DNA from: Chthoniobacteraceae bacterium
GTDB taxonomy: Bacteria; Verrucomicrobiota; Verrucomicrobiia; Chthoniobacterales; Chthoniobacteraceae
Direction: 5' to 3'
Length of the DNA: 41,124 nt
NCBI GenBank assembly: GCA_031409335.1
Contig: JANNWY010000297.1
Span: forward strand, 1 to 41,124
Below are positions 24,591-34,078 of the stretch, piece after piece. The notes beneath the pieces are model-generated. The model was not told the origin of the DNA and ran no database searches. It saw only the letters and a list, made by a program, of their open reading frames with translations. Position 1 is the first letter of the stretch; each line of letters opens with the position of its first letter. Both the position numbers and the translations under genes were made by a program.

Positions 24591-27146
24591 ATGTCCGAAA
24601 CCCTGACCCCGATGATGCAGCAGTACCAGGGCATCCGGCGCAGTCTGCCGCCGGATACGCTGCTGCTTTTTCGGCTCGGGGATTTTTATGAGATGTTCTT
24701 TGACGACGCGGTGCAGGGCTCGCAGATCCTGAACATCGCGCTGACGAAGCGGAATCTCGTGCCGATGTGCGGGCTGCCATTTCATGCGGCGGACAATTAC
24801 ATCCGGCGGCTGCTGAAGGCGGGGCGGCGTGTGGCGATTTGCGATCAAGTGAGCGAGCCGGTGAAGGGGCAGATCGTGCAGCGTGAGATCACGCACATTG
24901 TGAGTCCGGGGACGGTCGCGGATTTGCAGATGCTCGATGCGAAGCGGAATAATTTTCTCGCGGCGATTCGGCCTCGGGAAAAAAGCGCGGGTTACGGGTT
25001 TGCGTTCATCGACCTGACGACGGGGGATTTTCGCGTGACGGAACTGGGGGATGACAAGGAACTCGCGGACGAACTGGCGCGCGTGCAGCCGGCGGAAATC
25101 CTGATCGCGGAGGAGGACGCGCCGCGTTTCACGGAGCTGCGCGGGCTGGTGCGGCGCGATGGCTACACGTTTCTGCACGACCAGGCGTACTACGCGTTGC
25201 GCGAGCATTTCAAAGTGCAGTCGCTCGATGGCTTCGGCGCGGAGACGCTGCCGGCGGCGGTGGGCGCGGCGGGGGCGATCGTGCATTATTTGAAGACGGA
25301 GCTGCGGCGTTCGCTCGGGCATGTGTCGCGGCTGACGGTGTATCGGAATTCGCAATTCATGATCGTGGACGCGGCGACGCAGGCGAATCTGGAACTCGTG
25401 CAGGCGCGCGGCGGCGGGCGCGATACTTCGCTGCTCGGCTCGCTGGATCGCACGGTGACGCCGATGGGCGCGCGGAAACTGCGCGACTGGATTTTGCATC
25501 CGATCTGCGACCTCGCGGAGCTGCGCGCGCGGCAGCAGCTCATCGGCGAATTGCTCGGCGAATCGTTTTTGCTCGGGAGCATTCGCGACACGCTGAAGAC
25601 GATTCGCGACCTGGAGCGGACGGTCGGGCGGCTGACGCAGACGGGCGGGAATGCGCGCGATTTGATGGTGCTGCGGACGGGCTTGGAAGTGATTCCGAAT
25701 TTGCGCGCGGACCTCGAAGCACTGCAAAGTGGCACGGGCTTTCAGCCCGTGATGCCCGCGCCCTCACAGGCAGAAAGCCTGTGTCACACTATCCTCACGG
25801 GTCTGCACCCGCTGCCGCATCTCGTCGAGTTACTGACGCGCGCGATCGTCGATGAACCGCCCGCGGTTACGAAAGAAGGCGGGATGATTCGCGACGGATA
25901 TTTCGCGCAGCTCGATGAACTCCGCGCCGCGTCGCGCGAGGGGAAGGACTGGATCGCGCAGCTCCAGCAGCGGGCGATCGAGGAGACCGGGATCAAGTCG
26001 CTGAAGGTGCGCTACACCGGCGTGTTCGGGTATTTCATCGAAGTCACGAAATCGAATCTCGGCGCGGTGCCGCCGACGTGGCATCGCAAACAAACCGTGG
26101 CGACCGGTGAGCGGTTCATCACGCAGGAGTTGAAGGAGATCGAAGGAAAAATCCTCGGCGCGGACGAGCGATCGAAAGCGCTGGAGCACGAGCTTTTCCT
26201 GCAAGTGCGCGATGAAATCCTGCGCGATCTCGCCGCGTTGCAATCCACCGCGCAATCCGTGGCCACGCTCGATGTGATGTGCGCGCTCGCGGAGACCGCG
26301 CGCCTTTTCAACTACTGTCGGCCGACGCTGCACGAAGACCTGCGCATCGAAATCACCGACGGGCGGCATCCCGTGCTCGACCAGTCGCTCGTGGAGGAAA
26401 AATTCGTCCCGAACGACGTGCTGCTCGACGGCGAAAAAAACCGCCTGCTCATCCTCACTGGCCCGAACATGGCGGGGAAAAGCACCTACATCCGGCAAGT
26501 CGCGCTGCTCGTGCTGCTCGCGCAAATCGGCTCGTGGATTCCCGCCGCGGAGGCAGAGATCGGGATCGCGGACCGCATCTTCACGCGCGTCGGCGCAAAC
26601 GACGATCTTTCGCGCGGACAATCGACGTTCATGGTCGAGATGAATGAAACCGCGAACATCACGAACAACGCCACCGACCGCAGCCTCGTGATCCTTGATG
26701 AAATCGGCCGCGGCACTTCCACTTTCGACGGCCTCTCGATCGCGTGGAGCGTCGCGGAATATCTGCACGACACGGTGAAAGCGCGGACGCTTTTCGCCAC
26801 GCACTACCACGAACTCACCGAACTCGAAATGACCCGCAGCGGCGTGCGCAATTACAACGTGGCCGTGCGCGAATGGAACGAGCAGATTATTTTCCTGCGC
26901 AAAATCGTGAAGGGCGGCGCGGACAAAAGCTACGGCATCCAGGTCGCGCGGCTCGCCGGCCTGCCGCCGGAAATCATCGCGCGCGCGAAGGAAATCCTGA
27001 GCAACCTCGAACAACACGAACTCAACGCCGAAGGCCGCCCCACGCTCGCCGAAGCCCCGCCGCCGCCGAAGCACGGCAAGCCGCGTGGAAAGAAAGCGGC
27101 GGAGCAGGCGAAGGCGGAGATGAAGCCGCAGATGACGCTGTTTTAA
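24591..27146 (+). CDS. mutS: DNA mismatch repair protein MutS
   Basis: TPMMQQY, GDFYEMF, TGPNMAGKST, STFMVEM, DEIGRGTST, ATHYHEL. Confidence 0.97.
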   Translation: MSETLTPMMQQYQGIRRSLPPDTLLLFRLGDFYEMFFDDAVQGSQILNIALTKRNLVPMCGLPFHAADNYIRRLLKAGRRVAICDQVSEPVKGQIVQREITHIVSPGTVADLQMLDAKRNNFLAAIRPREKSAGYGFAFIDLTTGDFRVTELGDDKELADELARVQPAEILIAEEDAPRFTELRGLVRRDGYTFLHDQAYYALREHFKVQSLDGFGAETLPAAVGAAGAIVHYLKTELRRSLGHVSRLTVYRNSQFMIVDAATQANLELVQARGGGRDTSLLGSLDRTVTPMGARKLRDWILHPICDLAELRARQQLIGELLGESFLLGSIRDTLKTIRDLERTVGRLTQTGGNARDLMVLRTGLEVIPNLRADLEALQSGTGFQPVMPAPSQAESLCHTILTGLHPLPHLVELLTRAIVDEPPAVTKEGGMIRDGYFAQLDELRAASREGKDWIAQLQQRAIEETGIKSLKVRYTGVFGYFIEVTKSNLGAVPPTWHRKQTVATGERFITQELKEIEGKILGADERSKALEHELFLQVRDEILRDLAALQSTAQSVATLDVMCALAETARLFNYCRPTLHEDLRIEITDGRHPVLDQSLVEEKFVPNDVLLDGEKNRLLILTGPNMAGKSTYIRQVALLVLLAQIGSWIPAAEAEIGIADRIFTRVGANDDLSRGQSTFMVEMNETANITNNATDRSLVILDEIGRGTSTFDGLSIAWSVAEYLHDTVKARTLFATHYHELTELEMTRSGVRNYNVAVREWNEQIIFLRKIVKGGADKSYGIQVARLAGLPPEIIARAKEILSNLEQHELNAEGRPTLAEAPPPPKHGKPRGKKAAEQAKAEMKPQMTLF
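25729..25787. repeat. REP doublet (REPIN-like) inserted in frame in mutS
   Basis: GTGGCACGGGCTTTCAGCCCGTG (25729-25751) and inverted CACAGGCAGAAAGCCTGTGTCAC (25765-25787), each an internal palindrome. Confidence 0.8.
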
Positions 27147-27348
27147 GGAACCGCGAATCCAGAGCCTGTGCATTCCCCCAACCGGGTCTTTGCAGACGGG
27201 GCCGGAGTTGCCCGGCGCGGTGTATCGCGGGATGGGCGGGGCGCGGGATGAGTGATGTCGCGCGGATGCATGGGCGGCGGCGGGAAGTAACAATTGCGAG
27301 GCGGCGCACCCTCTGGTATATCGACCGCTTTTCCTGCCGGAAACACCC

Positions 27349-27684
27349 ATGCCGACCTACGATTACCATTGTGAAAAGTGCGACAGGAATTTTGAAACCA
27401 CCCAGTCTATGAAGGACGATGCGCTGCGGACTTGCCCGAAGGAACTTTGCCAGCGCAAAACGTGGGGCAAGGGCAAGGTCAAGCGGCTCATCGGAACCGG
27501 TGCGGGTTTGATTTTCAAAGGCACGGGCTTTTACATCACCGACTATCGGAGCGAGGGATACAAGGCGGCGGCGAAGAGTGATTCGAAGAGCGCTGAGCCC
27601 GCGAAGACCGAGACAAAAGCCGAGACAAAAACCACGCCCGCGGAAAAGACGGCGGCACCGAAACCCACACCCAAAAAAGACTGA
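27349..27684 (+). CDS. FmdB family zinc-ribbon protein
   Basis: MPTYDYHCEKC...CP...FKGTGFYITDY plus low-complexity tail. Confidence 0.9.
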   Translation: MPTYDYHCEKCDRNFETTQSMKDDALRTCPKELCQRKTWGKGKVKRLIGTGAGLIFKGTGFYITDYRSEGYKAAAKSDSKSAEPAKTETKAETKTTPAEKTAAPKPTPKKD

Positions 27685-28457
27685 TGGCCTCTTCCCCTTC
27701 CGGACCCACCCTGACGTGCTCGCAGTGCAGCTTCGCGAATGAAGCCGAGCGCGTCTATTGCCACAACTGCGGCGCAAAGCTCGATCGCTCGCTCCTTCCC
27801 AAAGTGGAGGAGACCAACAAGGAATCGCTCGAAAAGGCGCGCAAGCGCGTGAAGAAAATGACGAATCCCGGAGGGGCCAATGTGTTCCGGGAATTCAAGG
27901 CGCTGGGGAGCTGCATCGTTTATGGCGCGCTGGTGGCTTTGATCATCGGCCTGGTGCGCGAGCCGGACGGCGTGCCGCCGCTGAAGCCGAAGGAAGCCGA
28001 ACTGCCGCGGATGATCGGATCGGACCTTGCCGAGGCCGCCGAATCGCCGCAGGCGCGCGTGCTTCAATTCACCGAAGGCGAGGCGAACATTTATCTGCGC
28101 ACCGCGCTGAAATCGAAAGTCGCCGGCATGCTGCCTGGGGTCGATTTCGACCGGGCGTTCGTCGCCTTCGCGCCTGGGACGGTCAATGTTTGCGTCCAGC
28201 AATCGCTCTTCGGCTTCCCGCTCTACTCCGGCGCGCGCTACCGCATCGGCGTGAAGGACGGGAAGTTTTTCGCGGAGAACAAGGGTGGAAACATCGGGCG
28301 CATCAGCATCGATCCGGCCGTGATGAAATACGCCGTGACCGCGTTTCAGCCGATGTGGAAGGCGCTCAAGCGGGAGAGCGATCAAATCCACGGAATGCAA
28401 AGCGTCACCGTGGAAAAGGGGCAGATCCAGCTCATCACCAAGGGCCGGGGCAGATGA
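27684..28457 (+). CDS. Zinc-ribbon, single-TM hypothetical protein
   Basis: CSQCSFAN...YCHNCG then one hydrophobic segment; TGATG coupling to previous gene. Confidence 0.75.
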   Translation: MASSPSGPTLTCSQCSFANEAERVYCHNCGAKLDRSLLPKVEETNKESLEKARKRVKKMTNPGGANVFREFKALGSCIVYGALVALIIGLVREPDGVPPLKPKEAELPRMIGSDLAEAAESPQARVLQFTEGEANIYLRTALKSKVAGMLPGVDFDRAFVAFAPGTVNVCVQQSLFGFPLYSGARYRIGVKDGKFFAENKGGNIGRISIDPAVMKYAVTAFQPMWKALKRESDQIHGMQSVTVEKGQIQLITKGRGR

Positions 28458-29758
28458 ACCGCCGCCATCTGCTGCTCATCGCCGCCCTCGCGGCGACGGT
28501 GCGGGCGGATGCGGCGCCGCCAAGTCCCGCCACGCGCAGCGTGACTGGTGGCGGGCAATTCATCATCTACTGCCCGGACGCCGCGCTCCGCCGGCAGATC
28601 GTGAGCCTCGCCGAGGAGGTGGAGGTGGACGTCCTCGAGTTGCTGGGCGACCCTCGCGATTCGTGGAAAGCGCCGATCGTCATTTCGCTCCGCACGCCCG
28701 TCGGCAGCGGCTATCGGCCGCCCGTGGTTTTGCAAATGATCGCCACGCCCGAGGGGACGAAAATCGACATCGACGTGGAGATCCGTGGCGACCTCGCCGT
28801 GATCAATCTTCGCAAACAAATCGTGCGGGCGATGCTGCTGGAATTTTCCTACCGCAACCGGCCGCCGATCCGCGGCGGCGAGGCCTACCGGGAAGCGCCG
28901 TGGTGGCTGGTCGATGGGGCGATCGAGATTTTTCGGCGGCAGGATGTCGGCGTGGATTCCGAGCTGTTTCGGCGGCTCGTCGAAAACAACAAGATGCCGA
29001 CCATCGAGCAGTTTCTCGAACTGCGCGCCGACGGGCTCGGGGCCACGGCGGAGGCGATCGATGCGGCGTGCGCGATGGGCCTCGTCCAGTCGCTCCTCGA
29101 ACAGCCAAACGGCCGCGCCAATCTCGCCCGGCTCGTCCGCCGCTGGCCGGAAACCGGCGGCGAACCGATGGCCGCGTTGAAGAAGGATTTTCCCGCGCTC
29201 GGCGAGGGCGGCGCATCGCTGCAAAAATGGTGGACGCTGAATCTCGCGCGCCTCGCCGCGGCGGATCGTTTTCACGGGTTTTCGCTGGAGGAGACGGATA
29301 AGAAACTCGCCGCGCTGCTGGAGATCGAACTCATCACCGACACGGCGGGCACCAAGGAAAAATTCCAAATCGCGGAATACCCGCGCTTCATCAAACTGCC
29401 GGGCGCGCGGGCCGCGCTCACTGCGCGCCGGGCCGAGATTTTCACCCTCGGAGCGCAGGCCAACGCATTGCTTCGCCCGGTGGTGGTGGAATACGAGGAG
29501 ATCGTCGCCCTGCTCGCGCGCGGCAAGGTGCCGAAGCTCGCCGCGCGCATCGAAGACCTCGAATTTTACCGCAAGACCGTGCTGCATCGGATGGACAAAA
29601 TCGCGGACTACCTGAACTGGTACGAAGCCACGCAATTCGGCACGCGGACGAACGCGTTCGACAGCTATCTGAAGGCTGCGAAAGAAGTCTTGCGGGAGGA
29701 AAACCACCGCTTCGAGCCGATCACGCGGTATCTCGATTTGATCGAGAAGGAATACTGA
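28454..29758 (+). CDS. Hypothetical exported protein
   Basis: ATGA overlap; MNRRHLLLIAALAATVRA signal-like N-terminus; protein-like composition. Confidence 0.75.
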   Translation: MNRRHLLLIAALAATVRADAAPPSPATRSVTGGGQFIIYCPDAALRRQIVSLAEEVEVDVLELLGDPRDSWKAPIVISLRTPVGSGYRPPVVLQMIATPEGTKIDIDVEIRGDLAVINLRKQIVRAMLLEFSYRNRPPIRGGEAYREAPWWLVDGAIEIFRRQDVGVDSELFRRLVENNKMPTIEQFLELRADGLGATAEAIDAACAMGLVQSLLEQPNGRANLARLVRRWPETGGEPMAALKKDFPALGEGGASLQKWWTLNLARLAAADRFHGFSLEETDKKLAALLEIELITDTAGTKEKFQIAEYPRFIKLPGARAALTARRAEIFTLGAQANALLRPVVVEYEEIVALLARGKVPKLAARIEDLEFYRKTVLHRMDKIADYLNWYEATQFGTRTNAFDSYLKAAKEVLREENHRFEPITRYLDLIEKEY

Positions 29759-29804
29759 TGCGCGGGCTGCTTGCGTTCACCATGCCCGGCGGTAGCGTGC
29801 GCCC

Positions 29805-30377
29805 ATGAGCACAGCGACTGCATCGACGCCTTGGATCAGCCCGGACGATTACCTCAAGGGCGAGCTGTTGAGTGAAGTCCGGCACGAGTATTTTGCAGGC
29901 GGAGTTTTCGCGATGGCCAGAGCGAGCCTGAATCACAATCGAATCGTCGGGGACATCTTCCTCGCGCTCCAATCCCACCTTCGCGGGAAAAAATGCGAGT
30001 CTTTCACGAACGACATGAAGGCGCACATTCAAAGCGAAGGTGACGATTGGTTCTACTATCCCGACGTGATGGTGAACTGCGATCCAGCCGGCCAGCACCA
30101 GTATTACTGCGATACGCCGACGGTGATCGTGGAAGTGCTTTCGCCGGACACCGAGGCGACAGACCGCCGCGAGAAGCGGCTCGCTTACGAGAAGATCGCC
30201 GCGCTCCACACGTACATCCTCGTCGCGCAGGACCGGCGCGAACTGTTGATCTTTCGGCGCAAGCCCGGCGGCGGCTGGTTGCGCGAGGTTTTGCCGGAGG
30301 CGGGCGATGCGCTGCGAATCCCGGAGTTGGACTTCGTTTTGCCGCTCGACGCCATCTACGCGCGCACCGGTTTGTAG
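29805..30377 (+). CDS. Uma2 family endonuclease
   Basis: RHEYFAGGVFAMA, YYPDVMV, IVEVLSPDTEATDRREK; preceded by TTGCGT-N16-TAGCGT-N6-ATG. Confidence 0.9.
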   Translation: MSTATASTPWISPDDYLKGELLSEVRHEYFAGGVFAMARASLNHNRIVGDIFLALQSHLRGKKCESFTNDMKAHIQSEGDDWFYYPDVMVNCDPAGQHQYYCDTPTVIVEVLSPDTEATDRREKRLAYEKIAALHTYILVAQDRRELLIFRRKPGGGWLREVLPEAGDALRIPELDFVLPLDAIYARTGL

Positions 30378-30434
30378 CGCGGGTTTTCCGCTTTGCGCGC
30401 GCGCGCAAATGCGTTTCAACTGGGGGCCCATTTG

Positions 30435-31748
30435 ATGAAAGTTTCTGACCTGCGCGGCATCCTTCAGTACGTCCCGAGATTTCGGGATCGGATCTTCGTG
30501 GTCGCGATCGATGGCGAGATCATCGGCTCGCCGAATTTTGCCAATATCCTGCTCGATCTCGCGGTGCTGCGTTCGCTCAGCATCAAGGTCATCATCGTCC
30601 ACGGCGCGAGCGCGCAGATCGCGAAACTCGCCGCGGAGCGCGGGCTGGCGATCACCAATGCCGACGGCACGGGCATCACCGACGACCTCACGCTGAAGAT
30701 CGGCATCGAGGCGGCGACGAACATTCTCAACGAAGTGATGCAGGGCCTCACCGCCGTCGATCTGCGCGCTGTGTATGCCAATGCGATCATTGCGCATCCG
30801 GCGGGCATCCTCGGTGGCGTCGATTTTCTGCACACCGGCCGCGTCGAGCGCGTGGATACGAAATCGCTCCACCTCTTTCTAAATGAAGGCATCACGCCGG
30901 TCATCCCGCCGATGGGCTTCGATGGCGAGGGGCGGACCTTTCGCGTGAACTCGGATGGCATCGCGCTCGAAGTCGCCGAGGCAGTCCAGGCGATGAAGAT
31001 CATCTACCTTTCCGCAGGCGATGGCGTGGCCGTGAATGGCGAGATCGTGAAACAGCTCTCGATCGGCGAGGCCGAGGACATGGTGAAAAAGCGCAAGCTC
31101 CCGCTGGCGGTCGGCACCTACTCGAAGCTCGATCACGCCTCGCGCGCCTGCCGGCTCGGCGTGCCGCGCGTGCATTTGCTCGATGGGCTGCTGGATGAAG
31201 CGCTGTTGAGCGAGGTCTTCAGCCACGACGGTATCGGCACGATGATTTACTCGAACGAGTACCAGCAAATCCGGCGCGTTTTCAAAAAGGATGTGCGCGC
31301 GGTGATGGCGCTCATCCGCGAGTCCGTGAACAGCGAGGAACTCGTGCGCCGCACGCGCGCGGACATCATCGCGCGGCTCGAAGATTACTGGGTGATGGAA
31401 CTCGACCGGAATCTCGTCGCCTGCGCAGCGCTCCATATTTTTCCCGAAACGCAGCAGGCAGAGCTCGCCTGTCTTTACGTCGCGAAAGGCCACGAGGGCC
31501 AGGGCTACGGCCGCAAGCTGATGGCCTTCACCGAGCAGCTCGCGGCGGAAAAAGGCGCGCGCGAAATCTTCGCGCTCTCGACGCAGGCGTTTAATTATTT
31601 CCAGCAAAAAGGCGGCTACGCGGATTCGACGCCCGACATTCTCCCGTCCGAGCGCCGCAAGAAATACGACGCGAGCGCGCGCAACTCGAAGGTGCTGGTG
31701 AAACGCACCGCGGCAGTCGCGGCATCCGAGGCTTCGCGCGCCCGATAG
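30435..31748 (+). CDS. argA: Amino-acid N-acetyltransferase (N-acetylglutamate synthase)
   Basis: N-terminal AAK domain (VHGASAQI, DFLHTGRVERVD) plus GNAT domain (AELACLYV, QGYGRKL, RNSKVL). Confidence 0.9.
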   Translation: MKVSDLRGILQYVPRFRDRIFVVAIDGEIIGSPNFANILLDLAVLRSLSIKVIIVHGASAQIAKLAAERGLAITNADGTGITDDLTLKIGIEAATNILNEVMQGLTAVDLRAVYANAIIAHPAGILGGVDFLHTGRVERVDTKSLHLFLNEGITPVIPPMGFDGEGRTFRVNSDGIALEVAEAVQAMKIIYLSAGDGVAVNGEIVKQLSIGEAEDMVKKRKLPLAVGTYSKLDHASRACRLGVPRVHLLDGLLDEALLSEVFSHDGIGTMIYSNEYQQIRRVFKKDVRAVMALIRESVNSEELVRRTRADIIARLEDYWVMELDRNLVACAALHIFPETQQAELACLYVAKGHEGQGYGRKLMAFTEQLAAEKGAREIFALSTQAFNYFQQKGGYADSTPDILPSERRKKYDASARNSKVLVKRTAAVAASEASRAR

Positions 31749-31911
31749 TCGCAGGCTGGCTTGGCTGGATGCGGTCGCGGAAATCAGCGCAACCGTTTTC
31801 TTCGGTTCGCACGCGCGCAGGCCGCTTTCACTTCGATTTTTGTTCAGCCCCGCGCAGCGGTCCTTGAAATCGGGACGCGCCTTCGGACCGCCGAGGCGCC
31901 TGCGGCGAGCT

Positions 31912-31953
31912 GAACATCGAACTTCCAACGTCGAACATCGAACATCGAACGCG
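31912..31953. repeat. Solo arm of GAACATC-type heptamers (family A-related)
   Basis: gaacatc gaacttc caacgtc gaacatc gaacatc gaacgcg. Confidence 0.8.
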
Positions 31954-32015
31954 GAGTGTTTCCGCCTTCTTCGATTTTCTCGACATGTGCGGGGGCCGCC
32001 GGTGAAGTCCCGCGC

Positions 32016-33644
32016 ATGAATGGAATCGCCATCGATGCGCTCGTTATCTTCGCCTACTTCGCGATCATCATCGGCATCGGGCTGGCGCAGCGCTCGAAGA
32101 GCGGGAGTGTCGAGGGCTTCGCGCTGGGCGACCGGCAGACGCCGTGGTGGGCCGTGCTCGCGAGCATCCTCGCCGCGGAAATCAGCGCGGCGACTTTCCT
32201 CGGCGCGCCCGAGAGCGGCTACGTGAAGGGGAACTGGACCTACGCGCAGTTCGCCATCGGCACGATCCTCGCGCGCATCATCGTCAGCTTTTTGTTCATC
32301 CCGCTGTTTTACCGGCACGGCGTCATCTCGCTGTATGAATACCTCGGGACGCGCTTCGGCTCGCGCTCGCGGACATGGGCGTCGGCGACTTTTCTGGTCA
32401 CGCGCGTGCTCGCGATGGGCACGCGGCTTTACGTCAGCGCGATCATCCTCGTGCTCGCGTGGCAGCTCTGGCGCGGCGTCGCGGTCAGCCCGTGGGAGAA
32501 ATTTTGGATCTTCGCCAGCGCCGTGCTGCTCGTGACGGTGATGACCGCGATCTACACTTCCGTCGGTGGAATCCGCGCGGTCATCTGGACGGATTTCATC
32601 CAGGTCGGTGTGCTGGTCGCCGCGCTCGGGTTCTCGGTTTTCTTTCTTCTCGGCAAGCTGCCAAACGGCTGGGCGACGGCCACGGAGCACATGAAGGAGC
32701 CGTATTTTTGGAATTTCGCCAAACCCGCGGCGGACCCCGGCGCATGGGCGTGGATCAAGAACGTGCTCACTTCCGAATACACGATTTGGGCCGCGGTCAT
32801 CGGCAGCACTTTCGTGACGATGGCCACGCACGGTATCGACCAGGACACCGTGCAGCGAATGCTCACCGCGAAGAACCGCCGCGAAAGCGCGCGGGCGACG
32901 ATCCTCTCCGGCTTCGTGGATTTGCCGGTCGTCGGCTGCTTCATCCTCGTCGGCATTTTGGTGTCCGCGTTTTATCAAACCAGCGGAGCCACGCTGCCCG
33001 CGGGCGTCGTGCCGCGTGAGGCATTCCCGTTTTTCATCCTCACGCAAATGCCCGCCGGGATGCGCGGGCTGGTGATCGCGGGCATCATGGCCACCGCGAT
33101 GGGATCGCTCAGCACGGCGCTGAACGCGCTTGGGACCAGCTTCGCGCGGGATTTCGTCATTCCGTGGCGCGAGCGCCGTGGCGCGGTGACGGAAGACGAG
33201 CGCGTGCGCGCGCTGCGCTGGAGCACGGTGCTTTTCGCCGGCTTCATCGTCCTCGTCGGCACCGCCACCGCGTACTACATGGCGCACAATCCGACGGCGG
33301 CGATCATCCCGCTCGTGCTTGGCATCCTCGGCTTCACGTTCGGTTCGTTGCTCGCGCTCTTCTTCGTCGCCATTTTCACGCGGACGCGTGGCAACGATCT
33401 CGGCAACATCATCGCCATGATCTGCGGTTTCGCCGCGGTGGTTTTCTTCAGCAGCGGCGATCTGCAAAAGCTAATGGGCTTTACGATCCCGGGTGCGGAT
33501 GGCCAGCCCGCGCCGCTGCTCGTGCTGGCGTTTCCGTGGCGCATCACGCTCGGCACGCTGGTCACATTTTTGGTGGCAATCTGTTTTCGGACGAGCGCGG
33601 TGAATGTGGAAAAAATGCGCGTGGCGAACGCCGCGGTCGCGTAG
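32016..33644 (+). CDS. Sodium:solute symporter (SSS family)
   Basis: ISAATFLGAP, GGIRAVIWTD, DQDTVQRML, AMGSLSTALN; start ATG 32016. Confidence 0.9.
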   Translation: MNGIAIDALVIFAYFAIIIGIGLAQRSKSGSVEGFALGDRQTPWWAVLASILAAEISAATFLGAPESGYVKGNWTYAQFAIGTILARIIVSFLFIPLFYRHGVISLYEYLGTRFGSRSRTWASATFLVTRVLAMGTRLYVSAIILVLAWQLWRGVAVSPWEKFWIFASAVLLVTVMTAIYTSVGGIRAVIWTDFIQVGVLVAALGFSVFFLLGKLPNGWATATEHMKEPYFWNFAKPAADPGAWAWIKNVLTSEYTIWAAVIGSTFVTMATHGIDQDTVQRMLTAKNRRESARATILSGFVDLPVVGCFILVGILVSAFYQTSGATLPAGVVPREAFPFFILTQMPAGMRGLVIAGIMATAMGSLSTALNALGTSFARDFVIPWRERRGAVTEDERVRALRWSTVLFAGFIVLVGTATAYYMAHNPTAAIIPLVLGILGFTFGSLLALFFVAIFTRTRGNDLGNIIAMICGFAAVVFFSSGDLQKLMGFTIPGADGQPAPLLVLAFPWRITLGTLVTFLVAICFRTSAVNVEKMRVANAAVA

Positions 33645-34078
33645 CGCGTTCGCGAAGTCGCGTCACTCCAACGGCGACCGAGCGTCAATCAAAAGATTCG
33701 TCGAAACGAAAATTTAGTTTGCCGGAATCGCGTTTTTTTCTTGAGCAGTTTTTCACGGGAAAATAGGCTGCGCCTGCGCGGCGGAAGCAAGGAATTGCAG
33801 CTGTGAATAACTTGTGAACATCAATCAAAAAAAGAACGAGAGAGAAGAGAGTTTTGACGGGCCTGCCTCTGTGGAAGCGGGATTGCGGCGAACTTCGGCA
33901 GCATCGGTGTTCCACATCACTTGCACTCGGAATGCGCTTGGCGTGAGGGTCTTGCAAACGCCTCAAAGTTTTGTTTCACGCGCGAATTTTTTCGCTCGTC
34001 TCTGAGTGGCGGTCGCTTCAGTTAGCTCGGCGCTTCATTTTTTCTCCCCAAAACTAAACCTAAAATCACTGTGGATAA
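33645..34078. other. Candidate oriC / dnaA promoter region with DnaA boxes
   Basis: AT-richer 430-bp gap; TGTGAATAA 33802-33810 and TGTGGATAA 34070-34078 match TTATNCACA; degenerate boxes near 33813 and 33908. Confidence 0.55.

Noticed and set aside
27147..27348. Possible ncRNA between mutS and the FmdB gene (also 31749-31911)
   Set aside because: No recognisable RNA family motif or convincing stem pattern by eye; a covariance-model search would be needed.
30392..30409. Perfect palindrome TTTGCGCGCGCGCGCAAA upstream of argA
   Set aside because: Mostly a GC dinucleotide run expected in this composition; does not resemble an ARG box.
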